A DNA stretch of 64,000 bases, taken from Mobula hypostoma. Taxonomy: Eukaryota. Shown here one piece after another: positions 63,062 to 64,000 of this stretch; position 1 is the first letter of the stretch; the number at the start of each line of letters is the position of its first letter. The position numbers were made by a program, and so were the translations under genes. The DNA is taken from contig NC_086108.1 in NCBI RefSeq assembly GCF_963921235.1, forward strand, positions 51,400,001-51,464,000. Direction: 5' to 3'. The notes under the pieces are model-generated. The model saw only the letters and a program-made list of their open reading frames with translations, did no database searches and was not told the origin of the DNA.

Positions 63062-64000
63062 CTCTGTTCCCTCCAAGCTGTGCGCGTGCACACACGTTTT
63101 TCAACCAGCACAGTAAGGAAATTAATGTGTGCACAAAAGGTTAGTTATCTAAAATAATGTCGTAATTAATAATTATACTTACTGAAAATAATCTCTTAGC
63201 TAAATGTTTCTGTTAACTAGTTAGTGGGTTTTTCAAATACCACAATGAACATCACTAACTTACGTCACCTCCCCTTTCCTGTTCCAGTTTGTACAGCTGC
63301 ATCACGGCAGCAGCCATCTTTGGCGGACAGTGTTCATATCGTAAAGTTTACAAAGATCTGTTTCAAATCCTGTAGATAGCTTACTAAGTTTTTATTGAAA
63401 AAAATCAGTCAAATGACCCTGTGGCTAAATACTGTCACAAGAAATTGATAAACATCACATGCTAAGCAGCTTTACAGGTTTTAAGTGATGCTTTGATGAA
63501 CTGGCTGCACTGCGCAAGATTCTGCAAAAGAGAGGCCTGACACTGATTGATTCACTTCATTTTGCGCAAGGCAAAATTAACAAGATAAGAAAGCAGTATC
63601 TGGGAGACTATGTTTCATGAAGTGACAAAGTTAAAGTTTTGCTAAGCCAACAACATGAAGAAAACATCACAGTAGATACAAGTTCGCTGTTGACTTTTAT
63701 AAATAGTCTTTGTGTTCATTTAGAAGAAAGGTTTCCTGAAGATGAGGTACAAGAATGGTCAGTTTTTGATTTCTCCACAATTGCAGATTGTGACTTCACA
63801 TTTGGCGATGAAGAAGTTAATGCCTTATGTCTAAAATATCATGATTTTCTAGCTGAAAATACTGTAATAGTTAGACAGTTTAATGATCTCAAATTTTCCG
63901 TGCAAGAAAAAATTAAATCCAAACTGATTTCAAACTTTGCTCAAATGGTGGCATTTGTACTTCAAAATGAACAGTTTTGCAACCTTGCACAGTTGATGGA
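63062..64000 (+). mobile_element. hAT DNA transposon with decayed ZNF862-like transposase, continuing past the window end
   Basis: TIR-like ctctgttccctccaa matches the MITE TIR at 12/15. My translation from about 63495 gives DELAALRKILQK..(stop)..FINSLCVHLEERFP..FCNLAQLM, typical of the hAT C-terminal region. Confidence 0.75.

Noticed and set aside
1..64000. CRISPR array, prokaryotic operon or retron-like system
   Set aside because: No repeat-spacer array or dense gene organisation; every RT motif belongs to a eukaryotic retrotransposon.

Overview
Eukaryotic, vertebrate-type DNA. The repeat families suggest a cartilaginous fish such as a ray or shark (inference). I found no host protein-coding exon, rRNA, real tRNA or CRISPR array; the window looks intronic or intergenic and is dominated by decayed, often nested transposons. 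These are CR1 LINEs, Rex1/Babar-type LINEs, an older CR1/L2-group LINE, chromovirus (Sushi-like) and Mag-clade Ty3/Gypsy elements, tRNA-derived SINEs, a non-autonomous RTE derivative, hAT MITEs and a hAT transposase remnant. The main signal is a young Neptune-type Penelope-like element (PLE; RT plus GIY-YIG) and its older relatives. Seven PLE insertions have readable 9-14 bp target-site duplications (TSDs), and the terminal repeats carry a minimal hammerhead ribozyme motif. In one copy an inverted arm starts at the predicted ribozyme cleavage site. A 141 bp locally templated inverted insertion with an 11 bp duplication is also present. Family names come from recognising motifs by eye, not from database searches, and boundaries without a TSD are approximate.
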